A DNA stretch of 64,000 nt, from positions 1,490,001-1,554,000 of the forward strand of contig CM075996.1 in assembly GCA_038087875.1 (NCBI GenBank), read 5' to 3'. This DNA is from Malacoraja senta. Its lineage: Eukaryota. Within the stretch, counting starts at the first letter, position 1. Each line of letters begins with the position of its first letter. Below the pieces are notes generated by a model. The model had not been told where the DNA came from. It made no database searches and saw only the letters and a list, made by a program, of their open reading frames with translations. The translations under genes were made by a program, and so were the position numbers. Below are positions 50,078 to 62,835 of the stretch, piece after piece.

Positions 50078-51789
50078 GAACTAGCAGCACAAGCATGACG
50101 TCTACAAAGTAATGGTGGTTCCCAATTATCTCCAAGACATTGTGTGCAGTGGCAAGCAAGGTGCTATTCACTTTATTATTAAGGTCAAATGATTATTTCC
50201 CCTTATACCAAATATCCAGACCCTCTCTTTTGATTCTCAGCGATCCTTAGCTGTGGACGAGTAAACTTTATTTTTAGAGAGATAAACATGAGGTGGCTAA
50301 AAGGCTTCTGTTGGGACAAACCTTTGCAACTTGTAGCCACTGGTTGTCTTTAACAGGGCAGGCATGATTCCAGTCATTAAGAAATCTTTCTGTTTGCTGG
50401 ATAGACAATTTAGTGCATTGTGGAAACATCTTTGCACCATAAGACCCATCAGGCACAAGTGGTTGTTCATTGGAAAGTAATATTCTAAGTGTGAAACGTT
50501 TCCAAGTGTTTAAGGTTCCACCTGGCATTCAGCCTTCTGGTGTGGGCTTGCTGGATGACTTCTTTGATGTAGCTTTGTGTAAATCATTTAGTTTAAGATG
50601 TATTTCGTTTACACTCTCCAAAAGACATTTTGATTTGGAGCCGCTAACAGGTGACGTGGCTATGTGCTCATTTCTATTTTTTTTCCCTTAATTTCTGTGC
50701 TGAACGCGATGAAATATGTAAAGTCGTAAATATCATTTGACCTTTAATCATTTGTTTGACACTTGCACACTTCCTTATTTTTCTGGGTGGAATTGCTTCT
50801 GGTGTGATACAAACTGCACCAATGCTTGACATTAGTACGCCTTCATTCATTGACTCATGGTGGCATTGGTCATGTGAACCTTCGCTCTTTGCCTCCTGGT
50901 GACGGTTACTCCATTACTCGCATTTTGGCTGAACCATGACAGTTTTTGCAGCCACCTTGAAAGTTAATTTGTTGCTCCTGCGAGTAATTTAATCGTTTAT
51001 CCGTGAGAACTCGTGTTGCATTTCAGGTGGCTGCAAGTACAGGGCTGCGGGGATTGTAGTTGGCTGGAAAATCAGCGACAGAAGTCTTCGTAAAGATTGG
51101 GTGAAAATAAGTTCCTGAGAAGGATCCAGGACAAATATATACTAGTGCCAAAGAATTGGAATTTAATTGGCGTTGGAAATTCTGGGCAAGTTGTGACCCT
51201 TTGGGAATTCTTGATTAGTAAGAGTGTCAAAGGTTATGGGGAGGAGGCAGGAGAATGGAGTTGAGAGGGAAAGATAGATCGATAATAGACAATAGGTGCA
51301 GGAGTAGGCCATTCGGCCATTTGAGCCAGCATCGCCATTCAATATGATCATGGCTGAGTAGATGGCGGAGTAGAAGCGATGGGCCGAATGCCCTAATTCT
51401 ACTTCATCATTTTATGAACTTATGGAGAAAGTTCAGTCACCTGGGAGACTTTTCTGTTCTGTCGAGCTGTCATTCTTAACTGGTAGTGATCTAATTTTAT
51501 TTTCCTTTCCACTGCTGTCTAACATACCAAAGAACTTGTACCCATGATAGACATCAGGCCTCGTCATCATTCACACCGTGCCTTTTTAAATGAAGGGTCT
51601 GAAGCACTTTCTAATGACATATCAGGCAGCCTGAATGACATGACAGACGGAAAGATCTGCGGTTCTATTCTTCGACCATACTAAGTTTGGTTTTTCTCTC
51701 CTCCCCTGGAACAAATCGGTCATAGTTCCATCATTACTAGAAAAAAAAATGTTATGGTGAGATGTGGTGGAAATGGACTTTGGTGATTT

Positions 51790-52075
51790 AATGTAGTTTA
51801 GAGATACTGCATGGAAACAGGTCCTTTGGCCCATCAGTGATCCCCACACACTAACACCATCCTACCACACAATAGGGACAATTTTTAATTTATACAGAGC
51901 CAATTAACCTACAAACCTGTACGTCTTTGGAGTGTGCGATGAAACTGAAGATCTTGGAGCAAACCCACGCGGTCACGGGGAGAACGTACAAACTCCGTAC
52001 AGACAGCACCAGTAGTCAGGATCGAACCTGGGTTTATGGTGCTGCAAGGCATTAGCTGTATCGCTGCGCCACGTG
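51790..52075 (-). mobile_element. V-SINE (HE1-like)
   Basis: Reverse-strand copy of the same family. Confidence 0.75.
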
Positions 52076-54484
52076 TCATGTGCATATCCTGTGTAATGAT
52101 GTTGTCAAGCTTGGTGGCATTACCTTCTGTGGTGGTTATTCCACAAGCACATGAAGAATGGTCACTTGAGTGAGATACAAGTGGGGATTTGTGCGCCATT
52201 CTTTACATGAGCCACTATGGATGTCTTCCATCACATCGGTGGGGAGGAAGTGGTGTAGCTTGGGCAATATGATTCCACAGAGTTAGAATCAGCTCACATA
52301 CTCCTGCAAAGACAGGGCAGAATTGGCAGAGAAATAATGCCAGAGGGTGGGTGTAAATCCTGGCTTCAATCCTGACCTCGGGTGCTGCTTGCGTGGAGTT
52401 TACACGTTCTCCATGTGACTGTGTGGGTTTCCTCCAGGTGCTCTGGTTTCCTACTACATCCCAAAGGTGTGAAGGTTGGTAGATTATTCGGCACCTGTAA
52501 ATGTCCACTTTGTGTGTCGGGAGGAGCAGAATCTGGGGAAGTGGGATTAATAACAAAGTTGGATGAGATTAGTGCAGGTTTAGTGTAAATGGGTGTTTGG
52601 TAGTCACCATGGACACGTGGGTCAAAGGGCCTTCTCTCCTGTATCTTTTTTTAATAGAGGAATAAATGAAATTCCAGAGGCTACTAGCTGTTGATAATTC
52701 ATGCTGTCTTGCAGATCTGAGTTAAAGAATAGAAAGATCAGCACAATGCACTGGGCATTTTAATTGGATTGAAATTTGCTGCTTAAGTCTGGCAGACTTG
52801 AGGAGACCAACCCTGTATCTATTAAAGTTTAAAAACTTTTGTTCTAAGTGCTTTCCCAGTTAATATTGCATTAACAAATCTTAACAGAAAATGTTGTTGG
52901 GCAAACATGTTAATTATTTTAATCTCAGCGCAGTCATCAGGTTGATGCTGATTGCCTCGAGTATGTTGTAGAAAACTGGTTAATTCATGGCTGGAATATT
53001 GTGTTCAGTTCTGGTGCCCCACTTTATGAAAGGTGAAGGCACTGGAGAGGTTGCAGAAAGGATTTACCTGAATTATTATATTACAATAGGTGGAGCAAAG
53101 GTGAAGATACAGAGTGCAGAATATAGTTCACACCATTGTAGTTCCATAGATAAGGATGCTTCCAAGATGAGGCCCAACCCAGGCGACTATTTGGGTGCTA
53201 GCCACAGAACCAGATCTATAATCACGTTACAATCTTAAATCTCTCTGTCCACTGTAAATGGCTCAATTGTAATCATGTATTGTCTTTCCGCTGACTGGAT
53301 AGCAGGCAGCAAAATCTTTTCACTGTACCTCAGTGCACATGACAATAAACTGAACTGAACCATAGATACGTCTAATGTCCTCACGGGATTAGTGATGAAT
53401 CGGACAGCACCCCAGGTTGTGGAAGGACCGGTCAGAAGCCCAATAACTTTGAAGTTCTTGTAGTGATCTTGGCAAATTCATGAGCCCCTTTTACAGAGGC
53501 GAGTTTTATATTTGGAAAGACAAGGAACTGCAGGTGCTGCAATCTTGGGCAAAACACAAAGTATTGGAGTAACTCAACGAGTCGGGTACCATCTGTGGAG
53601 AGAATGGACAGACATTTCAAGCTGGGACCATTTCTTATGAAGAAGGGTCCCGACCCAAAACGTCACTTATCTATTCCCCCCACCGATGTGTTTTGTTCCA
53701 GTTTTATATTTGTGTTTTTATCAGACTGATTTTTTTTGATTTTGTTTGGAAATTAATGATCTCACCAGTCTGAGAATGCTGAGTTGTTGTCTGTTAAATG
53801 TGATGGGTAACCTTCTTGCCTGTCTTCATATCGTAAGGTGAAGGTTACCATACGCTACAGTAATGTCGACCTGCTGGTTGGATATCAAAAGGCTGGGGAA
53901 AATGTGTTTATGTTTAATTCACACTGCACTGTGGATTCCTGGCTTTGCTTACCCTGCTAGAGCAAAGCAAGTATTCTTACCAAACCTATACCCAGAAGAA
54001 TCTTTACAGCACACTCAAGACAGCGAGCTGCTGAATATCTGATTTTTTTGTTGTTTCATTTTACTTTTGCTGAATATCTCTTGAATTAAAATATTTGCAT
54101 CCCTATGGAAGGAAGCCATTTGCCTAACGAAAAAATGTTGCCGATATTTAATGACAGCCCTGTGTATCTCTGAGCCGAAGGTTCCAAGTTGGGATGCTTG
54201 CCTCTGCTGACTTAATGAATCTTGGCAGACGTGGCATTTGGAAATGCTACAACTGGCCTCATTGCCTTTGGGGTAAGGGCGTGAGGAAATGAGCAATCCC
54301 ACTGCCGATTCCTACACAACATATTTAGCCTTCCTTCTGGGCTGCAACAGTCTTGTCGGCACTCGATGCAGCAAGCAGTTTTCTAACCGAGCTGGTAGAG
54401 GGCAGTGCCCACTGTGGAACTGGGCACCTTCAGCAAGTATTGATGCTATCAGCAGAAGAAAAGGCAAGAAAAACAGCAAAAAAA

Positions 54485-54990
54485 ACTACCTGATCTCCCA
54501 GTTGCCAGACACTTTAATTCACCTTCCCATTCCTATGCCGACCTTTCTGTCCTCGGTCTCCTCCATTGTCAGAGTGAGGCTAAACGCAAATTGTTGGAAC
54601 AGCACCTCATATTTCGCTTGGGCAGCTTACAGCCCAGTGGAATGAATATTGATTTCTCTAACTTCAGGTAACCCCGGCATTCCCTCTCTCTCCATCCCTC
54701 CCCCACCCAAGTCGCACCAGCTTCTCGTTTTCACCCAATAAACAGCCAACAATGGCCTGTTTCCTTTATCATCGTTACGTTTTGCAAATCTTTCATTCAT
54801 TGTTCTTTATCTCTCCACATCACCGTCTATATCTCTTGTTTCCCTTATTCCTAACCAGTCTGAAGAAGGGTCTCGACGCGAAACGTCACCCATTCCTGCT
54901 CTCCAGAGATGCTACCTGACCCGCTGTGTTACTCCAGCTTTTTGTGTTTATCTTTGGTTTAAACCAGCACCTGCAGTTCCTTCTTCCACG
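54485..54990 (+). mobile_element. Penelope-like element 3' fragment
   Basis: Homologous to the end of the GIY-YIG ORF plus the terminal module at 54858-54990. Confidence 0.8.
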
Positions 54991-57900
54991 TCAAACATAA
55001 GTGGTCAGTCTGACAGCTAGCGGCATGCAGCAATGCTACATTACAGGGTGATCTGGGGGCTGACATTGCCAGAAGGGCATGAGCTTCATTATTCTTCTGA
55101 GGAAATGCATGGATGACTTGGTTCAGAAACCTTTAAAATATAATTATTTTGAAATTTAATGTTTCGAAGGAAAAAACGATGTCAAGATGTATGTGTTTAA
55201 AATCATTGATTTTCTTTGCACTTGCATAACCCTTAGTTACAGAGAGGGTAAATCGTGGCATGTTTATTGAGCAAGAAAGCAAGAATTTGAAACGATGTCG
55301 CACCTTTTATGTTCTTGGGGAATCCCAAAACAATTGGGCAGTTTGTTATTTTGAAGTCAGTTTATTTGGTGTATGTCACTAATGTGGGCAAATGACAACC
55401 AAAATGGAACAAAAATGGCCCCACATACATTTTCAAAAAGTCAGAGTGATACATTGTGGAAACAGGCCCTTCGGCCCAACATGCCCACACCGGCCAACAT
55501 GTCCCAGCTACACTAGTCCCACCTGCCTGCGTTTGGTCCATATCCCTCCAAACCTGTCCTATCCATGTACCAGTCTAACTGCTTCTTAAACGTTGGGGTA
55601 GTCCCTGCGTCAACTACCTCCTCTGGCAGCTTGTTCCATACACCCACCACCCTTTGTGTGAAAAAGATACCCATCAGATTCCTATTAAATGTTTTCCCCT
55701 TCTCCTTGAACCTATGTCCTGTGGTCCTCGATTCCCCTCCTCCGGGCAAAAGACTCTGTACATCTAACAAGGATTCTGTTGTGTTCACTTGAGGGAACTG
55801 GGCTTAATGACACAACTGAAAGCTTGCATCCTCTTAAATCGGTTCTCAATATTAGGCCCAATAACAGGCACCTTGTGCTTTACACAGAGATTACGTGCTT
55901 AAAAAGCAACACATAATTCACAAACGCTTAAATTAAACCTATAGACAACTACGCAGTCAGTAGTCATTTTGTGCGCAGTATTCCAAAAATACCAGTGTGT
56001 AAATCAGACTTTGCTATTAGACGAACAAGCGGGTTATTTGAAAAATGTACAGGTGCCTGTATATAGAACAGTACAGCACAGGAATAGGCCCATCGGCCCA
56101 CAATGTCCGTGCCGAACATGATGCCAAGCTAAACTAATCGTCTCTTTCTGCACGTGACCTATACCCCTCCATACCCATGTTTGCTCATATGTTAGTCACT
56201 CAGTGGGACAGGCAGCATCTCTGGATAGAAGGAATGGGCGACGTTTCGGGTCACCTGTTTTTCGACCACTGCCGAACTGCGGGAATCAGGTATTTGAACA
56301 GCAGGGAGTTGATTCAAAAATAACTTCCTGAAAGGAATTGGAGTTGTGTAGACTTTTATAAATTAAAATACTTCTGATGTTCAACCTTGTGGTGATCCAT
56401 CTCAAGCTCTGAACTGTATTCTTCAGAAATCCTAACTGAGTCTGTCTTTTTTTCATATCATTACCTACTCTTACATTTCTAGATAGCTGTCTTGACAGAG
56501 TGCTGTTCAGAATTGACTCCATTGCACAGTCAGAGGTGGGAAGAAATAACATTTGGTATCACAAGAGATTTGTTAACTTGTTGGATATCTGTCAGGCTGA
56601 CTTCGACCTGTTGACCCTAACACCATTTCAGTTAAAAACCTGGAAATAGGCCCGAGCTGCCTTTGTCAGGGTGTATTATTATATCGGAGATCGGAAGCTG
56701 CCGTGTTAGATGTCTGGTCTGTACTTGGAGAACTCTGCTGCAATTCAGTGTTCTCATTAACTACTCTGCCTCTTGATAGAAATGCATGGAAGATATGGAG
56801 ACACAAGGAACTGCAGATGCTGCAGTCTAGGGCAAAGCACCAAGTGCTGGAGGAACTCAGTGGGTCAGGCAACATCTGTGGTGGCCTCGCCATGTCCTGG
56901 AACTTTGGTTACTTAGGTCGATTGTCTCTGGGTGTGATCAATAAGCACCTGGGTACTGACCATGCAGACTCACCAGCAACCTGGGTGTGGGGCGACTGAT
57001 TACTAACTGATCTTGAGATGGTGAGAGTTGGGACGGGCTGACTTGGACAGGATTTCACTTGGGACTGACTTTATTTCGGAAATATGGTCAAGAATCAAGG
57101 AGTCAAGGACATACTTCACTTTGATATAGGGAAAAAAATATTGATCCCCCCACCCCCAGAAAATGATCTGATAGAGAGTTGGATGGGCTTAGAAGGCTGA
57201 GGACGTGCTTTGGTCCTTGATGGATTAACAAATAGCCTTTGTTATTTGTTAATAGTGTCATCAATCTGCTGCTGGGAAATTATTCTGGGGATTATGTCTC
57301 TATGATTTAAAAATAACCTCTGAAATGCTGCATATTGAGGACGGCCACACAAACCTGTGCTGGTTTTCTCCGGGTGATCCGGTTTCCTCCCACATTCCAA
57401 AGTTTGCAGGTTTGAAGGTTAATTGGCTTCTGTAAATTGTCCCTGGAGTGTAGAATAGAAATAGTGCACTGATGATCATTGGTCGGCGCGGACTCGGTGG
57501 GCCAGGGGCTGTATCGCTAAACTAAACCAGAAATCTCACTATCCTCCCTGTTCCCTCGCCACTGAGGCCAAACTCTGCCCTAACTCCATTTGCAAGTTTG
57601 CAGATGACACCATTGATGCTGACCGTGACACGGACACAACCTCCGTTTCCTGATGTCAATAACCAGTTCCTGCGTCTTGCTGACATTGAGGGTGAAGCGT
57701 TTGGAGAGGTATGGGTCAGAAGTGCGACTAGCTAGGTTAAGCAACTTTGTTAGCATGGGTGAGTTGGGCTGAAGGGCCTGTTTCCTTGATACTCAACTCT
57801 ATGAATCTATGACTCACAGTAGGTCAGCTGATTGCTGTTGTGTTTGTGCAAACAATCGCAGCCCTGGATTTACTAAACACCGCTGTGGAAAACTTTAACA

Positions 57901-58429
57901 TTGCAATGTTGCATGTATTAATATTAAATGTTCTTTTGTGTATTCTCCTGCGAACTCCTGGTGGTGGTGTCAATGCTACAGGTTAACACTGATTGTAGTT
58001 CAATGGGAAAAGCGTGCAACAAGAGGGCATCAGATGGGTCCTTGTAATAATGAATTGTCTGAAGGGCTTTTGTCATTAGGCTGCTTTTATCAAAGGCAAA
58101 GGCCTCTCCAGAAGCTCAGACATGAAATCTTTCTCCAGTAGTACTGTTAATGAGCCTGACTGACATTGAATTGAATTATATATCCTACTGACGCTTGAAA
58201 CATCGTCTTTGGGTCATTGACTGTCGTTTCTGATATTTAAAAAAAAAAAACAGCTGATTACCATTGTCAACCTCTGTAATATATTCAACATAGCTTTGAT
58301 GATGTTGTTGGTACTTGTGCATGTAATGAACTGAGTAAGAAGGGATTCTGGTGGTGTGGATGCTTCGAAGTTTCCAGTGGAAGCTCAACTAATTGGTGAA
58401 TACACCATTGAATGCGGTAGTTTAGCTTA

Positions 58430-58575
58430 GCTCCAGCACTCTGTGAAACGTCACCTATCCATGTTCCCCACAGATGCTGCCTGACCCGCTGAGTTACTCC
58501 AGCACTCTGTGAAATGTCACCTATCCATGTTCCCCACAGATGCTGCCTGACCCGCTGAGTTACTCCAGCACTTTG
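58430..58575. repeat. 66-bp Penelope-derived tandem repeat (third locus)
   Basis: Same unit, about 2.2 copies. Confidence 0.88.
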
Positions 58576-58817
58576 TGTCTTCCTTTATCAGTGGCAGGGA
58601 TGATAGGGTTGCTTTTTGTAGATGCTAGCTCTCCCACCATGGTTTTAAACCAATTCCTCAACTTGGCTTTATAAAATGAGTGGCATTGTGCACTGGATAC
58701 AAGAACAATGCTCTATCACAGCCTTGTGCTCGTTCACTGACCTGTCTCTCACTCGCTGTTTCTGCAGAGCTTGGTTAGTCTGAGGTTGACCTGCTTTTCC
58801 TGCCTTTCCTTTCACAG

Positions 58818-58913
58818 TGGATGTACATCGTTCCCATCGTGATTTTCCTGATGATGTCGGGCGCACAGGACCCTAACGGGGGCAGCGGTGGCTCGGGCGG
58901 AGGTGGGAGGTGA
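58818..58913 (+). CDS. EMC10: EMC10 terminal exon (membrane isoform: TM helix plus Gly-rich tail)
   Basis: ttcacag acceptor; [31 protein letters not shown]; joined CDS is 732 nt = 243 aa plus stop. Confidence 0.95.
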   Translation, partial: WMYIVPIVIFLMMSGAQDPNGGSGGSGGGGR

Positions 58914-59101
58914 TGTACGCGGCCACCAGGAAGCGCCCCGAGACCGAGGCATTCCCAGCCGCCAGGGACCGCGGATCGATCGCCACTCGTTGTAAATACA
59001 TCTTGTCTCATATTTGCTGGATAAAGGTAGCAGGACACACACACCTGCCATCTGGGAAAAGTGAAGTATGAATCGTAGAGGTATAACACTGTTGATTTGA
59101 A

Positions 59102-59411
59102 AATAAAGTACATTACTGTTTGTTTGTGATCCTTCATCGCAGAACTCCTTTCCAGCCACTAGTTGCCACCAATGCACTGTAGTTTAACAAGGTCGGTGAA
59201 CAAGTAACGGGTTCAAGGTGAGCATGTGCTCTCACTTGTGTTGGTTCTTGCATACGAAGCCTAAACTCCTCAGTGTTGCCACTGTTTATGCATTACCTGT
59301 AGTAGGTGTCTGAACAAACTTACCCCAAGTGTATGGTGTTCTGAGACAATAAATGGAAATTACTGAGAGGCTGTGATAGTTGTAAATGTATTCTGTCATG
59401 TCTCCAATAAA
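59102..59411 (+). terminator. Candidate EMC10 polyadenylation signals
   Basis: AATAAA at 59102, 59348 and 59406, downstream of the stop and before repeats resume near 59460. Confidence 0.55.
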
Positions 59412-60306
59412 TTAGTCTGTGATCTTGTTCACATCTGTTATGAGCAGTGCATGGTAATTAGGGTCAGCTTTAAGGTGAGAGGCAAAGATTTAATCGGAGC
59501 CTGAGGGGCAATGTTATCTCACGAAAGGTGGTCGATATTTTAAACGAACTGCCAGAGGAAGTAGTTGATACAGGTATGATAGCAGCACTTACAAGTCATT
59601 TGGATGGGTATATGGATATGAAAGGTTTAGAGGGCTACAGGTCAAACGCGGGCAAATGGGGCATCTTGGTCAGCAAGGCTGGGTCGGGCCGAAGGGCCTG
59701 TTTTTGCCCTGTGTGACTCTGGCTCGAGTTACCTTAGAGTTATGAATGAACAAGCTGGTTAGCAGAATTGGACTGAAACCGTCCAAGACTCTCTCAAGAA
59801 CATCTTCACATTAGATACCAGCGCTGGCGTGGGTTGACATAGGAAGGGGAGAAATCGGGTCAAATATTCACAGCTGTGACTGGTGAAAGCGAGTGCATAT
59901 GGATGTATGCATCGCTGAACCCCTGGTGTTTATAATGCAAGAGTCAAGTGTTTAACACATCTGATCTGTTTGCAAAACATAGCTTTCCACTGTACCTTGG
60001 TACACGTGACAGTAGCAAACCCAAACCTGTCCACGGAAAACTCTTACTTGCCTTCATCTTTACAGGGACATTAACATAAACCACACAAATAAATTCCAAT
60101 CATTAATAAATTAATATTCAGCATTGCTGCTAACCATACCATAAATGTGCAAAACTCAAGTGTGTAGTGCAACTAAAGTCCATGGTGGTTCACAGTTGCT
60201 GAGGTTAGTGTTGTGCAGTGTTCAAGAGCCTGGAGGTTACTGGGAAGTAGTTGTTCTTCAACCTGGAGGTCACGGTTCTCTGGCTCCTGTACTTTCTCCC
60301 AACAGG

Positions 60307-60585
60307 GCGGCACGTTGGCGAAGCGGTAGAGCTGCTGCCTCACAGCGCCAGAGACCCGGGTTCGATCCTGACTGCGGGTGCTGTCTGTACGGAGTTTGTA
60401 CGTTCTCCCCGTGACCTGCGTGGGTTTTCTCCGGGGTCTCCGGTTTCCTCCCACACTCCAAAGACGTACAGGTTTGTAGGTTAATTGGCTTTGGTAAAAA
60501 TTGGAAATTATCCCTAGTGTATAAGTTAGTGTTAGTGTATGGGGATCGCTGGTCGGCGCGGACTCGGTGGCCGAAGGGCCTGTTG
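60307..60585 (+). mobile_element. V-SINE (HE1-like)
   Basis: Well-preserved A/B boxes and central domain. Confidence 0.8.
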
Positions 60586-62279
60586 CCTGTGGAGTGGGGG
60601 AGGGGGGGTTAGAGTGCTGGAGTGCCCCTCCCTCCCGGAGTGGCCCATCCTGCCTTGCGAGTGCATTGTGGCGTCACTCGGATTTTTTTTCCTCCAAAAT
60701 GGGTGATTTTGAAGAAATCGGGCTGTTTTAAAAATTTCAATGATTAATAACTTTGGAAATATAGGTGGAAATGCGACGGGAAGATGTTTATCGCCACCAC
60801 TGGAAAAATGTGAGTAGGATGTGTGCAAATGGGAAGGCTGTGGTCTAGCGTTTGGAAGAAGATAGGAATTAACCAGATTGACACACACACAGACACAGAA
60901 ACAAGACAAATACTTTTACTTATATAGAGATCGATGAAAGAACGTAAGTGAATGAGATTCTCTTTTGCTCAACAAACCATTTGCTCTGCAATGCAGCACC
61001 TGAAGGGGCAAAGGGAACGGATTTAATAGTAACTTTCGAAATAGAATTGGCGATATGTTGGAAGAGATTAAAAAATGTGCATAGCTACAGGGAAACAGTT
61101 GAGGTGTGATCCAAATGGACTCCTGTGCAGCACAATTCCCAGAATTCTGGAGAAGGGGTCCAACATGAGGCTGGGTTTATATTACAACGCTGTAATGATG
61201 GCACACGGTCTGGTGTCGGTGCGCGAAGGAGGGTGGATTTGCACTATCCCAAAATTGGTTAAGAAGGTTTGGGCGTCTGTTCAGATGCACATCAGCTCAG
61301 GAGGTGATTGAGATTAACTGTGATCTTGGTGCGTAGCCTTTTAACACCCAGTGTCTAAAGTTACACGGAATAGCTGCATGAGTCGAATGTTAAAGGACAG
61401 CTGGTGGGTCTGGCACTGAGCCTTGGATGTATCTTGCTGGCTGGGGGAGAAGGTGCATGGAATACACTTCAGACAAAGCTCGGAGCCATTGACCCCAAAG
61501 AGAAAAAGAGTACATTTAAAATCAGTTCAGTTTATTGTCACGTGTGCCGAGGTACAGTGAAAAGCTTTTGTTGCGTGCTATCCAGTCAGCGGAAAGGCAA
61601 TACATGATTACCATCTAGCCATTACAGTGTATAGATACATGTTAAGGGAATAACCTTTAGTGCAAGGTTAAGACAGCAAAGTTCACAAGTTATAGGAGTA
61701 GAATTAGGCCATTCGGCCCATCAAGGATAGCCTGATTCAGCTCTGCTCTCTAGTTGTGGTAAGGTGATTCAGTTGGTGAAGGATTGGGGTTGAGATTCAG
61801 AGGGGGGTTGTGTACAAGTTCTTGATAGCATTGTGCTGGTAAATGAGGAATTAAAAAAGCAAATAGTATGTAAGCCATTGTTACAAGGAACTTTTGAATA
61901 TTGAAGAAGTCTTCATGCGATTGTGTCAGGTCTTGAGTATATTGTGCACCTTTTTAAAACGATACGTGTCATAGGAGCAGAATTAGGCCATTTTGGCCAT
62001 CGAGTCTACTCCGCCTTCTGATCTATCTCTGATATAGACCTCTGATCTATAATCTCTAGCTTCTTCAACGTATTCCACCTACAGACTAGCCTCTGAGTTC
62101 TCTCTTAAATCTCTCCCCCTTCACCTTAAGTCTGTGCCCTCTAGTTTCAAAATCCTTTACCCTCTGGTGAAAAAATACATTTGATAGTACTTGATAGTCA
62201 CAATTTATAATACAGCTTCTTTGTTCAAACTTTTCTTACAACATTTTTTTCCACAATTGCAGGTAAAACGGTTTTGATT

Positions 62280-62835
62280 AAAAGATACAGCGTGGAAACA
62301 AGCCCTTCAGCTTACTGAGTCTATTCCAACCATTGATCACCCGTTCTGTGTTATCCCACTTCCTCATCCACATCCTACACACTAGGGGCAATTTACAGAG
62401 GGCCAATTAACCGACAAACTTGCACGCCTTTGGGATATGGGGGTGGTACGGTGGCACAGCGGCAGAGTTGCTGCCTGACAGTGCCAGACTCCCGGGTTCA
62501 ATCCTGACAAGGGGTGCTGTCTATGTCGTTTGTACGTTCTCCCCTTGACCACGTGAGTTTCCCACGGATGCCCCGGATTCCGCCCACATTCCAAAGACGT
62601 ACAGATTCGCAGGTTAATTGGTTTTGGTTTAAAAAAAAAAAAAAAAGGAAATTGTCCCTAGTGTATGGGGTAGCGTTAGTGTATGTCGATCGCTGGTCGG
62701 CGTAGGCTGAAAGGCCTGTTCCCACACTGTATCTCTACACTAAACTAAACCCACGGGGTAACGTGCAAACTCCACACTGACGGCACTGAAGATCAGGATC
62801 GAACCCGGGTCTCTGGCACTGCTCTACCAACTGTA
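62280..62835. mobile_element. Nested V-SINEs (+ copy ~62440-62750 inside a - copy)
   Basis: The - strand copy is split into ~62280-62438 and ~62750-62835 by a + strand copy. Confidence 0.7.
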
